64,000 bases of DNA from Proteromonas lacertae. Lineage: Eukaryota. Within the stretch, counting starts at the first letter, position 1, and every line of letters starts with the position of its first letter. The notes under the pieces are model-generated. The model did no database searches. It saw only the letters and a program-made list of their open reading frames with translations, and was not told where the DNA came from. Position numbers and translations under genes: made by a program. This document shows, piece by piece, positions 26,501 through 40,464 of the stretch. The stretch lies in contig NGBS01000587.1 of the NCBI GenBank assembly GCA_002245135.1, positions 1 to 64,000 of the forward strand, given 5' to 3'.

Positions 26501-29500
26501 AGATGAAAATGTAATAGGATTTACAGGTGTTTTAATGTATTTGAATATTGATATATTATTTTTGAATAGAAAAAGAGAAAGGGATATATTAAATCCTATT
26601 TTAGTAGAGTATGAAAAAATCCTTTTGCAGTTCTTTCCATTTGAAGGAGATTCTTGTGAAGAGAATACTATAACTATATCCTATTTTTTATCAATTTGAT
26701 TTGTGTAATAGATATTCTTAATTTTCATTTACAATACAAGAACATATGACAATAGTCTATACTATCTAATTGATATTATAACAACTTCTACACCAAGATG
26801 TGGTGTATTTTATCAAAACGATGAAATATCCGTTCATTTGTTTAATGCAACAAAATATTATATTGAGAATGTGGTATTAAATAAAGAATGTGAATATCGT
26901 GAAATTGTTAAAGATGTAGTATTTGACGATAATATAGTAGGTAATGAAGCGTTATGTGAGACTGATGTATCAATTTTACTAATAGCTGGAGATTTACTAT
27001 TCAATTTTATATCTAAAAAGATATGTACTGCTCCTAAGTTTTATATTTATAATGGTTCTCCACGAATATTTAATAATCCATTAATTTATGATAGTAATAT
27101 GCTTGAAGGCTATTTTGATGGTACAATAGTAATAGGTTCTTTTTTCCCATTCATAGAGAATAAGAGAAGTGAAGTATTAAAGAATGAAGTTGAAACAATT
27201 ATTGGTAATGCGAATGAAGTGTTGTTTGAAGATTTTGTTTCACTGTATATTTCAATATTATATCAATAATTTAAATATATATAGATATGAGTTGTTAAAA
27301 ACATTTTCAGAAGCAGCAAAATCGAAATCATCATTATCAAGAGATTTAATAATGTCATACTTTAAAGATTTGAAGTTAAATTCACCAGAATTTGATACAG
27401 GTAAAGTTCTTGATTCAAGATATTTTATGAAAGGATTTTATATAGCTACATCGAAATACAATTGGGATGGTTATACTTTTGAAGAGTATATTAGTTATCC
27501 AACTGCATTATACACATCAGGATATGATTTGGTTGTATAATTAATATTTTGCTTATATTCATTATTAATAGATGAATGATAGCCAAATAGAATGCAGTTT
27601 CTTTATAGATGAAAGAAGTTTAGATTATTATACTTTATTTCCAATCAATATTGGCGTATTGTATAATAATGATACAAATAAAGGAATTGATAGTACAACA
27701 GTTCTTATAAACTGGTTTTTAGAATATCTAAGAATGAATAAATACTTTGAATCTAGAAAAATCGTATATATAATCATTGATTAATACATTGTAATAGCAA
27801 ATAAAAGTTCTTAAATGTCCAACTGATAGTGTTTCATTAAATGTTATTAAAGATTATCTGTTAGACAAAGAAGTGACACTATTCATTGGAGATTGTAATA
27901 AAGATGTAGTTGATATGTTTTCTACTGATAATCTATTACAAAATACTGTTTTATTAGATGTTGGTATAAATCCAGGAGAAATCTGTAAAAAGAATACTTT
28001 CTTTATTAATCCATCTCCATACCAATATATTTCTTCACTGTTGAACTATCTTTTAACAACTTATGGTACATCTCTTGCATTTATTTATGATGATGATCCT
28101 ATTAATAATATTTACAATAGAATAATATTAGATGCAATTGAATCATTACGAATTAATGTTATAATTAAAGAAATGGTATTATCTTCCTCTTCAGATGGTG
28201 ATAATTCATTAATTATGGAAAATTTTATTGACAATATATTGTATTCTGCTACAGAGAATGAATATGTAATAAACACATTATCCAGTAAGAATTTAAAGAC
28301 TTTTATTGATATTTATGCAAAGAGAATGGCTTTACTGAAAGTTTTTCCTATATTTTACATTGATAGTTCTATTCTTGACTTTGATAAAAGTAAAACAGAT
28401 GGATTTTATTTGATATCTTATGAAATCAATTCATCTTCAGAAGAAGAGTTTATTTATCAATCAATTAATGAAATACTAGGAAATGGTTATAAAATAAATG
28501 GAAAAGAAATTAGTTATTTAGTTGCATTTTACTACTTAGCTGTAAGTTTAAAATCAACAAAAATATTAACAAGAGATACTGTAATAAATAGTATGTATAA
28601 CTCACATTCTGATGAGTTGTTTGGACATTTAGAAATGGTGAATGATAATACTTTAACTCGTTCAATAATACTGAACAAAATCACATCTTCTGATGGAATA
28701 TTGTTTGAAAAATATATAATGAAATCATCAAATGAAGGTGAAGTATGGAGAATTCATTCATACTCCAACAAAGATATATACTTGTAATTGGAAAGAATAT
28801 GCAAGTGAAAGATTTGAAAGATCAGTTATGAAAGTAGGAATTTTATTATCTTTTTCAGGTAGTTACAGTAAAAAAGACAGACAATCATTAGTTGCTTTTT
28901 TAATTGGCATTTATTATTATAATATAGAAATGAAAGGTATAAGAGGTTTAATAATTGTACCAACAATCTATGATTTAAAATCTGATGTGAATAATGTAGT
29001 TCCATTATTAGAATTATTCAATTCGAATGGAATAAATAGTGTAATGGGATTGTCAAATTCAGAAATGAGATTAGCTGCTATTGTTACATTAGAAAGAAAT
29101 AATATGTTGTTATTTTATACACATGATTATGAAGGACTTGAATGTAAAAGGAATATTATCTATGTTGGAATTCCATTTACTAGTTACAGTAGTTATAGAT
29201 ATTATATACAAAGAGAATATATTGAAACAAATAGAAAGATAGGAATTGTATATACTGATTTAGAGTATTATAAAAAGTCAGCAGAGATAGTGAAAGCAGA
29301 TTTAGAAGCACTTGGATTAACAATTTCTACAATGTTGAGATTGAATAAAGATATTACAGATATGAAACCAATTATAGAAAGTATTAATTTACACCTATTA
29401 GGAAATGGAATAATTGTGTCATTAATCGGAGGAGATTCAAAGTATTTGTTTTATGAAACTGCTTATAATAGTTATTTATCACCTCCAACTTATTACTTTT

Positions 29501-32500
29501 ATGATTTTGATATTGATCAAAGTGTTTTGAAGACTGAATATGCAAAATATTTGACTGGCCATTATATTGTTACAGGTGCTATTGTGGAAGATAATACAAT
29601 AACTAAAATGATAAATAAATACACAAATAATTATTTCCCTTATATTAAATATTTTACCAATGATATGTATTATTCTACAATAGGAATAATGTTATGGAGA
29701 GAATCGATAGAAAGAAAGAAATTATATACAACTGAATTTATATTAGAAGCAATAAATGATTTATCATTTTTATCACCATTTGGTATTATTAATACTTCTA
29801 CAAATCATCATATATCTAGTTTAAGATTAATTGCTCATATTGTCAGATCAAAGGAAGGTAGCATGTCAATATAGAATGATTTATTTATTAAATTCTGGAA
29901 ATAGAGTTCCAAGTCCATATTCTACAAAATATCTTGGTGAAAAAGTATTAATATGTGATTGGAGAAGTGATGATGAAATAAAAGAAGAGTTATCATTTAA
30001 TGTATTAATTATACTCTCTCCAAAAGAAGAATCATCTTTTTTATCAATAATAGCTGTTACAGTTGCTGTAATTAATAATATTAATAGTGATAATGGTGTG
30101 TTAGGATATAAATTAAATCCAATATTCATTAACTATAAAGATGGAGATATAACTTTAAAAACAAGAATTGAAAAAACTATGATAGAAGATGATAAGAATA
30201 TATTATACATTGGTTGTACAACAACATTCTGTGTAAACACTATCTTACCATTACTATCACAATATAAAAGATTACTTCTTTATCCAGTCAAATTTCAAGC
30301 AGAAATGTGTAATCCATTTATACTATCAACTGGTCCAATTCCTAATCAAATTGCTGATTCAGCTAATACATTTATTTCGAGTTTATCGAATAGAAATAAT
30401 ATTGTATTACTCTATTCAGATAATACGAAATGGAATATATTTAAGAATATATTTGAATATGGTTTAGAAAGTAAATTTCATGTTGTATTAGAGAAAGAGT
30501 TTAATGATCATTCTTTTTTCTCTACTTCGATGGTTAATACAATCATTTCACTAGTTAGTAAAGGTGGATTGATAGTTAGCTTTTTGAGCGAAAAACCCCT
30601 AATCAATTTGCTCAAGTTTCTGGATTTGATGATTGTTGATAAAAAGCAGATACAATATGATTTATTTAATTTCAGAGTTCCTCCATCAATCATAAGTTCA
30701 AATCTACCAGATTTAGAATTTCCTTATTACTATATATCAGGTTTGGATGCTCCTGTTAAGAATAATTCTTTTATTATTAAGATAGAGAATATATTGAAAG
30801 GTAATTTTGGTATTGTAGATATAACAGATGATAGTGTATCTGTCGCATATATACTTTATGGAATGAAAAGAATAATAAATGAAGCTGGATCTCTGTCATT
30901 AGATACATTGAAAAATTACTTATATTCTTACAAGTTGATAGATGATGATTTTACAAAATTTGATTATAGTAATTATTTGGTAAGAGATATTTACATTTAT
31001 AGTTATAGTGGAAGAGAAAAGACTGTATTAAGAACATTTCTAACAACACAACCACAACCATATAATTGGAAAATTATTAAGAATTATGGTAAAGTATGTG
31101 ATGTAACACTTATTAATGAAAATAATAACAATCCAGTAACAGAAGTTGGTATAATTACAATTTTGCTTATAACATCAACTACTGGAGCAAATAGTCTAGA
31201 TTTCAGAGGAGTTTCTGAAGTATTTCAAGAAACAATAAAAATCAGTTAATACAGATGGTGGAATAAGAGATAAAAAGATCGTTTATGATGTATTAGATGA
31301 TAGTTCTGATGATACTATTTGTTCAGAATTAATCAAAACTAAATTACAAGATGATCCTACTATCTCTGCGATATTTACAACTGGAAGTCAGATGTGTGTT
31401 GATTTGGTATTGAAAACTTTAAATGATTATAAAATCAAGTTATATCATATTGGTGTATTCGGAGGAGAGAGTTGTGAATCAAGTGTATTTCACTTTGGAA
31501 TTGAACCTACAGTATTAGAGGTTGTTATTGAAAGATCAATCAACAGAGGATATGATAATTTTGCTATTATAGCTACTTCAGATTCAAATCATTTGAAATT
31601 CTCGAATTATGCTGAAAGATACATTAAGTATTTTTATGCAAATTTGTTAATAACAACCACTGTTGATATAGGATTGAATGATTGTACTGCAATGGCACAG
31701 AATATTGTTGCAAAATTACCTTCTGGAAAATCAGTTTTATTGTTGTTTGTTAATGCAAATATTCATATACTATTATCTCAAGCATTAAAGAAAGCAGGAA
31801 TAACAGATGAACAATATAGGATGTATTCATTTTCGACATATGAGAATGTAGCACAAGAAGATGATATATTACCATTCTATTCATATGCACATTATTTTAA
31901 CACAATAGAAAGTGATGCAAATACAGAATTTGTTAATAATTTAGCAATTAGTTTACCAAATGGTGTAATTCCAAATGCATACCATGAATCAATGCATCAA
32001 GCAGTAATGTTTTGGTTAGTTATGGTGTTTTCCTATGGTGATGCTGATATAAAAGATCTTACAAACGAATATTATGATGTTTCTTGTATTACAACAACTG
32101 GTAATATGAAAATAGGTAAGAATAATATAGTGAATAGAAAACTGTATGTTGGTTATTATGATGGAAATAGTGAAGGAAGAATCTCAATTGATTCGATTGA
32201 AGATTATTATGAACCAATAGCCTGGAAACAGTTTATTAACGATGGAATTTATATGTGTAATTTAGTAGATGCATCAATAGGACAGAAATACAAGTACCCA
32301 GTTGTAACAATTGGAGTAATGGCATCTTTAACTGGTGGTGATGCAGCAAGGGGAAGAGAATTAGCTTGTAGTGTGTTATTAGCAGCTAGAATGATTAATA
32401 AAGCTGGTGGTTTAATTGGTAGTAGATTGGTAGTTGATATTATAAATACAGAATCAAACTTTGAAATATTAGATCATGTATCTAGTTCAACAGCTGCGAT

Positions 32501-35500
32501 TGCTGAATTAAGTGCTGTATTTGGAGCAACATGGGACGATGAATATAAAATATTAATTCCATATTTCAATAGAGCGCAGAAACTGTTTTTCTTTTCAGGA
32601 ATTGCTGTAGGTGAAGGATGCGAACCATATGGTGTTCTTGCTCAAGATACCAGTTTACAGTTAATATCAATATCAAAAAGTACATTAGTAAGTGATATAC
32701 AGAATGAATATATACTGATTTATTCTGCTCATAGTTTCAGTACAGGAATGTTACGATTATTTAGTAATTTACTTGATGAAATTAGTGTTCATTATGAAAA
32801 ATACGAATATACATCAACTAATAATGAAATATTCACAGAAATAACAGAAAAGTATCCAGATGGTGCAAAAATAATAGATATTGGTTCAACTTGGTATTGC
32901 TTAGAATTGTCGATACAAGCTACAAAAGCAGGAATGGTATATCCGAAATATCCATTATATCATTATTTTGCTGATGAATATTTAATTAATGGAAATGAAA
33001 AGTATTTCGAAGGACATATATTTTATGCATCATGGTTTTCTATAATAGGAAAAATGAAATCTAAAGAATATTCAAACCAACGAAATATGTATAATACATA
33101 TACAGATTATTATAAAGATTCATTAATAGTAAGTGCTGCAGCTGAGTCTATGTATACTTCTGTGATGCTTTGGGCAAAAGGAGTGAAAGAATCTTTCAGT
33201 TTTGAATCAACAAAAGTAAGAAAAGGAATGACAGGAATAAAATTTGTTGCTGGTTCTAGTTTTATTAGATTAGAATCTGATAATATGATTTCAAGAAAAT
33301 TCTATATTGCTCAAGTGATAAATGGGGTTTTGACAGTTGTAGAAAGTCCAACTGGAATGATATATCCATACCCATTTTCATATTGGCTTGTTGAGAATCA
33401 AGGTAAAACTTGTAATTGGGATTTGAAGGATATAATAGTTGTTAATAAAAACATTATAAGAGTAGGATTAGTATTAGAATCAAATCATCCAGTTAATGCA
33501 GAAATATATAATTCATGGTTATCTTTTACAGATACACTAAATGAAGTAAATGAAAATGGTGGAATAAACGGAATGGAAGTATATGATGTTACAAAAATCG
33601 TTCCCTTAGATGATATAGAAAATGTGACAGTTGCAATGATAGAAAGTAATACTGTTAATGCAATATTTGGTTGTATTTCAAAAAAATGTAGAGATATAGT
33701 AAGCGAAGTCTGTGAAAAGAGGAAAATGATGTTCTTTTTTATTGGAAGAAGTGAAGGTGATTATTTCTCAAAGTACACAATTACTGTTTCTTCAACAATC
33801 ATTCAAAAATTAGAAGTATCAATGGAATATACAACAAAACTATTCACAAATTATTACATTATTATTGATAATCAATACTAATATCTTTTTTTTAAAATAT
33901 ATTTATATGTTTGATCCCTTAATATGTGAATTGATCTATATTTTAATTCGATATACAAATATTTAGATTCATATCCAAATATTGAGTTAGTAGGTTATAC
34001 ATTATTAGATACTAGAAGTACATGCAATGTTGTTTTAAGGAACTTATATTCCTCTATGAATGTTTTTGATCATATGATATGTATATATATATATATAACT
34101 ATTATTATATATATGTGAAAAATAGTAATTACTGCTTTAACTGGTAAGTCATTTGAGACTTGCATAGATTATTATGTAGAAAAGAGTTTTAGTAAACATA
34201 GATTCCTATATCTTTTAATCTCCTATGACCATTATGATTATGAAAGAATTGATCTAAACAGAATAGTTGGTAGTTATATTCCAATAGAATATCAACAAAA
34301 TACTACTTATTATAGCAATTATGCATTTAGACAAAGGACAAGTAATATTTTAAAACCATCATATTTTATTACACCAATTTATGAAGCTTGTAATACAGCT
34401 GTTAATATATACATTAATGCAGTTACAAAAGCAGCAAGTTATGGGAGTAGCAACAATACAAATGCTTGGCCAGAGAACGAATATATTCGACTAAGTGTTC
34501 CAGATATTCAATACAATTCAGCAGGTGGAGTTGTGAAGATGACAATTAATAATTTTGCTAATAGACCAATGTTCTTCATGGAAATAGAAATGAATAATTT
34601 TGTTCAACTAAACCCACCACTTGGAGAAACAAAATCATATAATCCTTATCCATTTGTTAATTATTTTCCAAAAGAAAGTGAAAATACTAAAGAAACCAGT
34701 ATCATCCCATTAAATGAAGTAGAATCTTGGGTTTCAATTAGTTTATGTATTGCAAGTATAATCATAACAATTGTGTGTTTATTCTTTACCATAAAATACA
34801 GAGAAAAGAGAATTATTAAATGTTGTTCAGCATTATACTATTATTGCTTATTATTTACTCTAGTAATAGCAGCAGGAAGTGTTGTTACATTAACAGTAGC
34901 TCCAACCACATCTTCATTATTGTGTTATTTTAGGATTAATGCTTGTTTATTTTCAGTTATTTCTGTATCATCAATGTTGTTTACCAAAGCTGCTAAGTAC
35001 AATTTTAGTAGAAGAAGAAAAATCCATAAAGTATATATATAATTGTTATGTTTATAGATTCGAATTTCCTTTTTAAGTATTATAAGAAATTTTATTGTTG
35101 CTTATATTGTTCCACTTACTGTTTCTGTTATATATCAGGTATTGTCAAAGCCATCTTATTCGTTAAGATTAAACATTGATAAATCCAATTTTCTAGTCAA
35201 TTATTACTATGAAGAATGTACTCAGAATGATACATTTAAGTATATAATATATATCTATAGATTAATTATTTCACTAGTATCATACTAATGATATATGTAG
35301 TAATGTTTCTTATTTATGGTTGTTATTTATCTTTTCATTCAAGAAAAAAAGCTGTGGAATTTGGTGATTCATATACTTTGTTAATAACATACCTTGTAGA
35401 ATATATCTTTTTTAAATATATATTCAATTGTCCTTAATGAATATAATATTTATGTTATTGATATTTTTCGTATTGGAATATGTTATAGATGCTTCCCCAG

Positions 35501-35801
35501 ATTCATTGTTGTTATTCAGAGGTATTGGATATCCTGCGGTTATTATTACAATTACATTAATTCAATTTGTTCCAAAAATAGTGATTATATTTACGAATGA
35601 AGAAGCATTAGATACAACTGATAGTAAATTTGATCTGTCAGTTACGGCTAGTGAAACACATTTATATCCTTTTTTTCTATAAATATATGATAATTATATG
35701 ATTCTTTAACCACATTTAAATCTCATTCTATCTCACACTCTATGAGTAGATCAATTTCTCAACAACATAGTGTTATGAGAAAAACTAGTAATATTAGATG
35801 A
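23571..35801 (+). CDS. Giant class C GPCR-like receptor 2 (9 UrtA/AmiC-type domains + 7TM); many introns incl. four U12-type; four apparent +1 frameshifts
   Basis: Signal peptide MTLFVTPSNTLFFILIILLLISKTLC; nine domains colinear with receptor 1 (domain 5 YEGLECKRNIIYVGIPF); 7TM with LCYFR..MLFTKAAK, SRKKAVEFGDS, PDSLLLFRGIG; Ser-rich tail ends at TGA 35799-35801. Frameshifts near 23660, 28750, 29866 and 31240 mean either assembly error or a young pseudogene. Confidence 0.75.
26676..26732 (+). other. U12-type AT-AC intron (57 nt) in receptor 2
   Basis: 5' ATATCCTA, branch TTCTTAAT (26715-26722), 3' AC; removal deletes an in-frame stop and joins ORF 26226 to the frame of ORF 26838. Confidence 0.8.
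33881..33931 (+). other. U12-type AT-AT intron (51 nt) in receptor 2
   Basis: 5' ATATCTTT interrupts the apparent TAA; branch TCCCTTAAT; the two nearer frame-compatible acceptors create stops; no GT-AG alternative seen. Confidence 0.7.
35403..35446 (+). other. U12-type AT-AA intron (44 nt) in TM6 of receptor 2
   Basis: 5' ATATCTTT, branch TCCTTAAT (35431-35438); removal gives a gap-free alignment with receptor 1 between F(N/G)DS and VL(D/E). Confidence 0.75.
35664..35719 (+). other. U12-type intron (56 nt, AT-AA; alternative AC at 35713) in the tail of receptor 2
   Basis: Perfect 5' ATATCCTT, branch TTCTTTAAC; removal opens a Ser-rich tail SHSISHSMSRSISQQ like that of receptor 1. Confidence 0.7.
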
Positions 35802-36316
35802 TAGATGCGAATAGAATATTATAACAGTTTTTATTTTTATTTTTATTTTAAAAATTATTATTTTGAAATTGGTGTATTTATCGAAAATAAGTTTCACAAA
35901 CCCACATCATTTAAATCTCATTTTTAGAAGTGTTTAACATATTTTATATATCACAATTATCAAAATATTTTATATTTTGGTATAATTTTAATTGAAATTT
36001 AAAATATAATGGCTGAATCACAATAGTAATACAGTTCTGAATTTTTGTGCTAATTATCAGTTAAAAAATTATAATATTTAATAATAATGATTATTGGATT
36101 TTTCTTTTTCAATATCTATGCAATTTATGAAATAATTAAGGTTTTCACTTCCACTCCTTTACAATGTTTCAAATACACAGTATAATATGCATTTTTTGTG
36201 TTATTAGACTCTAGAAATGGTTAAAAAGAAGGATGTAATAAAAAAACAATTTTGGTTGTAAAAACGGATAGTTGTGTTTTTGGATGTGTTTTGCAACAAA
36301 AATTGAGCCATTTGAC

Positions 36317-39300
36317 ATGAATAATTGCGAAATTGAATTACAAAAAGTGGCTAGTGAAGCTCCTAAAGAAGAATTACCAGTGAAAACTGGTTAGCTTTAT
36401 CCTCAGCTAATGAAGCATTAGAAAGTGGATATGAGTATTATGCTAAGCAAGTGAAATCCTTTTTACCAGATTTACCACCTGTTGATATAGCTATGAAAGG
36501 TGTGAATTATACAGCCAAACAACTGAAAAGTGAAGAACATGGTGTGATTAACATAATTAGTGGGTTTTATTATCAAATTCGTAATTTATTTCCTTGTGGT
36601 ATATATGAAGATAGACCAGTAGTGAAGAATATCACATTTAGATTTAAACCTGGTACTTCAACATTAGTAATGGGTCCTCCATCATGTGGTAGTTCAACAG
36701 TATTGAAAATATTAGCAAATACACTGCCTAAAAGCCAAATAGCAGGTTCAATTACATGTAATGGCAAAGAATTAAAAGAATTCAATTGGTCGCATTATTC
36801 AAGTTTCTGTGGACAATTAGATGTTCATTTACCTTTATTAACTGTAAAGGATACATTTGATTTCGCAGTAGGTTGTTTAAATGGTAAAGGTGAAATGAAA
36901 AAAAGTGGTCATTCAATGATAGAAGATGATATAAATATTCGAAGTGATTTGTTCTTGAAATTATTGGGATTGACAATCTGTAAAGATACAATAGTTGGAG
37001 ATGCTGTTCATCGTGGTTGTAGTGGTGGTGAAATGAAGAGAGTGAGTTTAGGTGAATCTTTATTAGGTCCAAGTCGAGTATTATTATTAGATAAAATCAG
37101 TACTGGTTTAGATAGTGCAGTAACATTTGATATTTGTAAATTCTTAAACCAATGGACAAAGATATTTGAAGGAATCTTAGTATGTCACTTATTACAACCA
37201 GATCCCGAGGTAATTGCATTATTTGATAATATGATAATACTGAGTGAAGGTCAAGTTACTTATGCTGGTCCATGTGATGGAATATTACCTTATTTCAATT
37301 CAATTGGTTATCAAATGATCGAAGGAAAAGATTTAGGATCATTTATATGTGAAGTAGGTAAAGAAGAAACAAGAAGCTTATATCGAAAAGATGAATCAAT
37401 TCCATTAACAACTCAATACTTAGTTGAAAGTTATGAAAAGAGTGATTTAAAGAAACAAAATATGGACAGTGTTAATGAAAAAATAGTAACAACAGAAGTT
37501 CCAAAGAATGATTACAATGAAACAATGTTTGTAAAACGTCATGCAATGGGATTATTGCATGAACTGAAATACCTTATGAGAAGACAACTAACAATAACTC
37601 TTCAAGATAAAGGATTTTTAATTGCAAGAATGATTCAACAAGTATTAATGGGTTTAATATATGGATGGATATTCTTCAATTTGAAAAAGGACGATTATAC
37701 TTCAAAATGTGGTTTAATTTCTACTTATGTTATGACATTAATCAATACAGCTCATTCTGTTGTTATTGGTTTATTCTTTTCAAAACCTGTGATGTATAAA
37801 CAAGTTCAAGGTGGGTTATTTTCAGTTCCATCTTATGTTGCAAGTGTTACAATAAACCAATATCCTATTCAGTTGCTAGAGACTCTGTTATTTGGTAGTA
37901 TAATCTATTTTATGAGTGGATTAACTCTTTCTGATAGTGGAGTTCATTATTTCATTTGTATGGCTTACTTATTTATTGGTTATGTCACTTACACTTCCCT
38001 TCAATTGGTGTTATTATATTTATTCAAGAATATATCTGTTTTAGCAGCATTTTTACCAATATTTGGTTTCTTATTGAATGCATTTAATGGATTTGGTATT
38101 ACTCGTAAAACAATTCCTGATTGGTTAATAGAATTTTACTATTTTACTCCATTAAGTTATATGATCAAAGGTTTAGCAGTAAATGAATTTACTTCAAGTG
38201 ATTATGGTCCAGAAGGTATTATATACTTAAAACAATATGATTTTCCAACAGATAAGAATGAACAATGGCAATATTTCTTGATATTAATTTGTGAGCATAT
38301 TGTATTTGTATTGTTACAAATGGTTGTTTTGCACTATATTGTATATGATCCATTTCCACCAAGTAAAACAGTTTCTATAAAAGATGTGAAAGCAGTAAAT
38401 GATGCTAGACAAAGTGAAATGAGTGCCAGATCCTCAGCTTCAGAGATTAACTTTAAAGCAATCGATTTTTCATTTGAACATATAAAATATACAGTAAAAG
38501 TAAAAGATGGAGATACTAAAAAGAAAGTGGATAAAGTATTATTGAATGATGTAAGTGGATTTGTTCGAGCTCACAGTATGACAGCATTAATGGGAGCAAG
38601 TGGAGCTGGTAAAACAACATTATTAGATGTATTAGCAAACAGAAAAACACAAGGAAAGATTGAAGGTAAATTCTTATTGAATGGAAAAGAATATAAAATG
38701 AAAGATTTGTGTATGGTAAGTGGATATGTTGAACAACAAGATACATTACCTGAAACTGAGACAGTCAAAGATGCATTATACTTTAGTGCCCGATTAAGAT
38801 ATCCTGGTCATCCAAGTGAAGCAACAATCCACAATCATATAAAAAATGTAATAGAAATATTAGAATTAAAGGATTATAAAGATATGTTGATTGGTCAAGC
38901 TAAAGATGGTTTACCAATGGGTGTAAGAAAATTAGTGATGGTTGGAATAGAATTAGCAGCAAATCCTTCAATATTATTCTTAGATGAACCAACAACTGGA
39001 TTAGATAGTTCAGCTGCTTTATTAGTATGTCAAGTCTTACAAAGAATTTCAGCAAGTGGTCGAAGTATAATTTGTACAATCCATCAACCATCATTTGAAA
39101 TATTTAAGTTATTTAGTGATGTATTATTATTAGAAAGAGGTGGAAAAGTGGTTTATTGTGGTCCACTTGGTGAAAATGGTAGTAAAGTAGTAGAATATAT
39201 GGAAAAGATTGATGGAGTAACTCCTATTGAAAAAGGCCAAAATCCAGCTAGTTGGATGTTAGATGTAACTGGAGCTGGAACAGGAAATACAAAGAATGTG

Positions 39301-40275
39301 AAATTTGGAGATTATTATTTGACAACAGATTTATATCGTAATGTAGAAATTACTCTTGAGAATATAAAATCTGCCAATTCTCCAGCAGTAAATTTCAAAG
39401 AAGATTATGCAGTTTCAATAACAAAACAAATATGGGAAGTAACTAAAAGAAATTTCCGATTTGATTGGAGATTATTAGATTATAATACATCCAAAATCAG
39501 AAATACTTTAATCATGTCATTGTTTGTTGGAATATTATACTTTCAACAACCAATGGAAACAGCTGGTAATGTGTTAAGTAGATATTCTGCTATAGCATTA
39601 GGAATAAATGCAGTTGTGATGAACAATTTAATGAATATAGTTCCTGTATTAATCGATAGAAGAATGGTGTTTTATCGTGAAGATGCGATGAGAACTTATC
39701 ATCCAATTGCACAATTAATAGGTCATGTTTTAGTAGAATTCTTTTTCCTATTCTTTATAGCTTGGTGTTTTATGTGTTTCTCTTATGGAATGATGGGTAT
39801 GAAAAGTACAGTAGCAGCTGTATTTAAAGAATTTGTTGTTGATTATTCAATGATGATATTAGCTACTATGTGTGGTTTGATGTTTTCCTATTTATTCCCT
39901 GTTATGCAAGTTGCTGGTGTTATTATAGGTTGTTTAACAAGTATTCTGTTTTGTTGTAGTGGTTTTCAACTTCGTTATCCTTCAATGAAAGCACCTTGGA
40001 AATGGATTTATTGGATTAATCCTTTTGCCTTTGGAGTTCAAGCTTCTGCATCTAATCAATTTGATTGTGAAAACTCTATCATTAATGAAACTTACTGTCC
40101 ATCATTTGCAAATGCTGATGGAAGTGTGACAACTGTTCATGATTTCTTTGGTATGTTGTATGATATTCGATACGATCAATACTGGAATAATATTGGATAT
40201 ATCTGGATAGAAATTGCAGTAATAATTGTATTCTTTTTCGTTGTATTGAAGAAAGTAAGATATCTTGATAGATAA
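36317..40275 (+). CDS. Full-length ABCG (PDR-type) transporter
   Basis: NBD-TMD-NBD-TMD; RGCSGGEMKRV, GASGAGKTTLLDVLA, LFLDEPTTGLD, CTIHQPS, NPASWML. ATG 36317 links to the long ORF via a 17-nt GT-AG segment (36390-36406) or a 1-nt indel. Confidence 0.93.
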
Positions 40276-40464
40276 AAATGATTTTATATTAAATATTGTC
40301 AATTTTTTGTTCATACTCTTTTTATTGGTGGAAAATTTTTAGAAAAACAAAAACAATAGTTTGAGGTCTCAAACCTTTATAAAAGCTTGAGTCATTTTGA
40401 AAGGCTTGATCATTCATCTTTCTTTATCTTCTCAACAGGTCAGTCTGTTATTTTTTTAATAATA

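Noticed and set aside
28743..28773. 31-nt GTAT...AAG intron that would restore the frame in receptor 2
   Set aside because: It looks coding-like rather than AT-only, ends AAG instead of the usual TAG, and would delete the conserved Trp linker; a 1-nt insertion is more parsimonious but not proven.
23655..31245. Programmed +1 ribosomal frameshifting (Euplotes-like) at four breaks in receptor 2
   Set aside because: No shared AAA-TAR or other slippery motif; two breaks are extra A's in homopolymers, and similar indels occur in ABCB copy 2 and FAM76, pointing to assembly errors or pseudogenisation.
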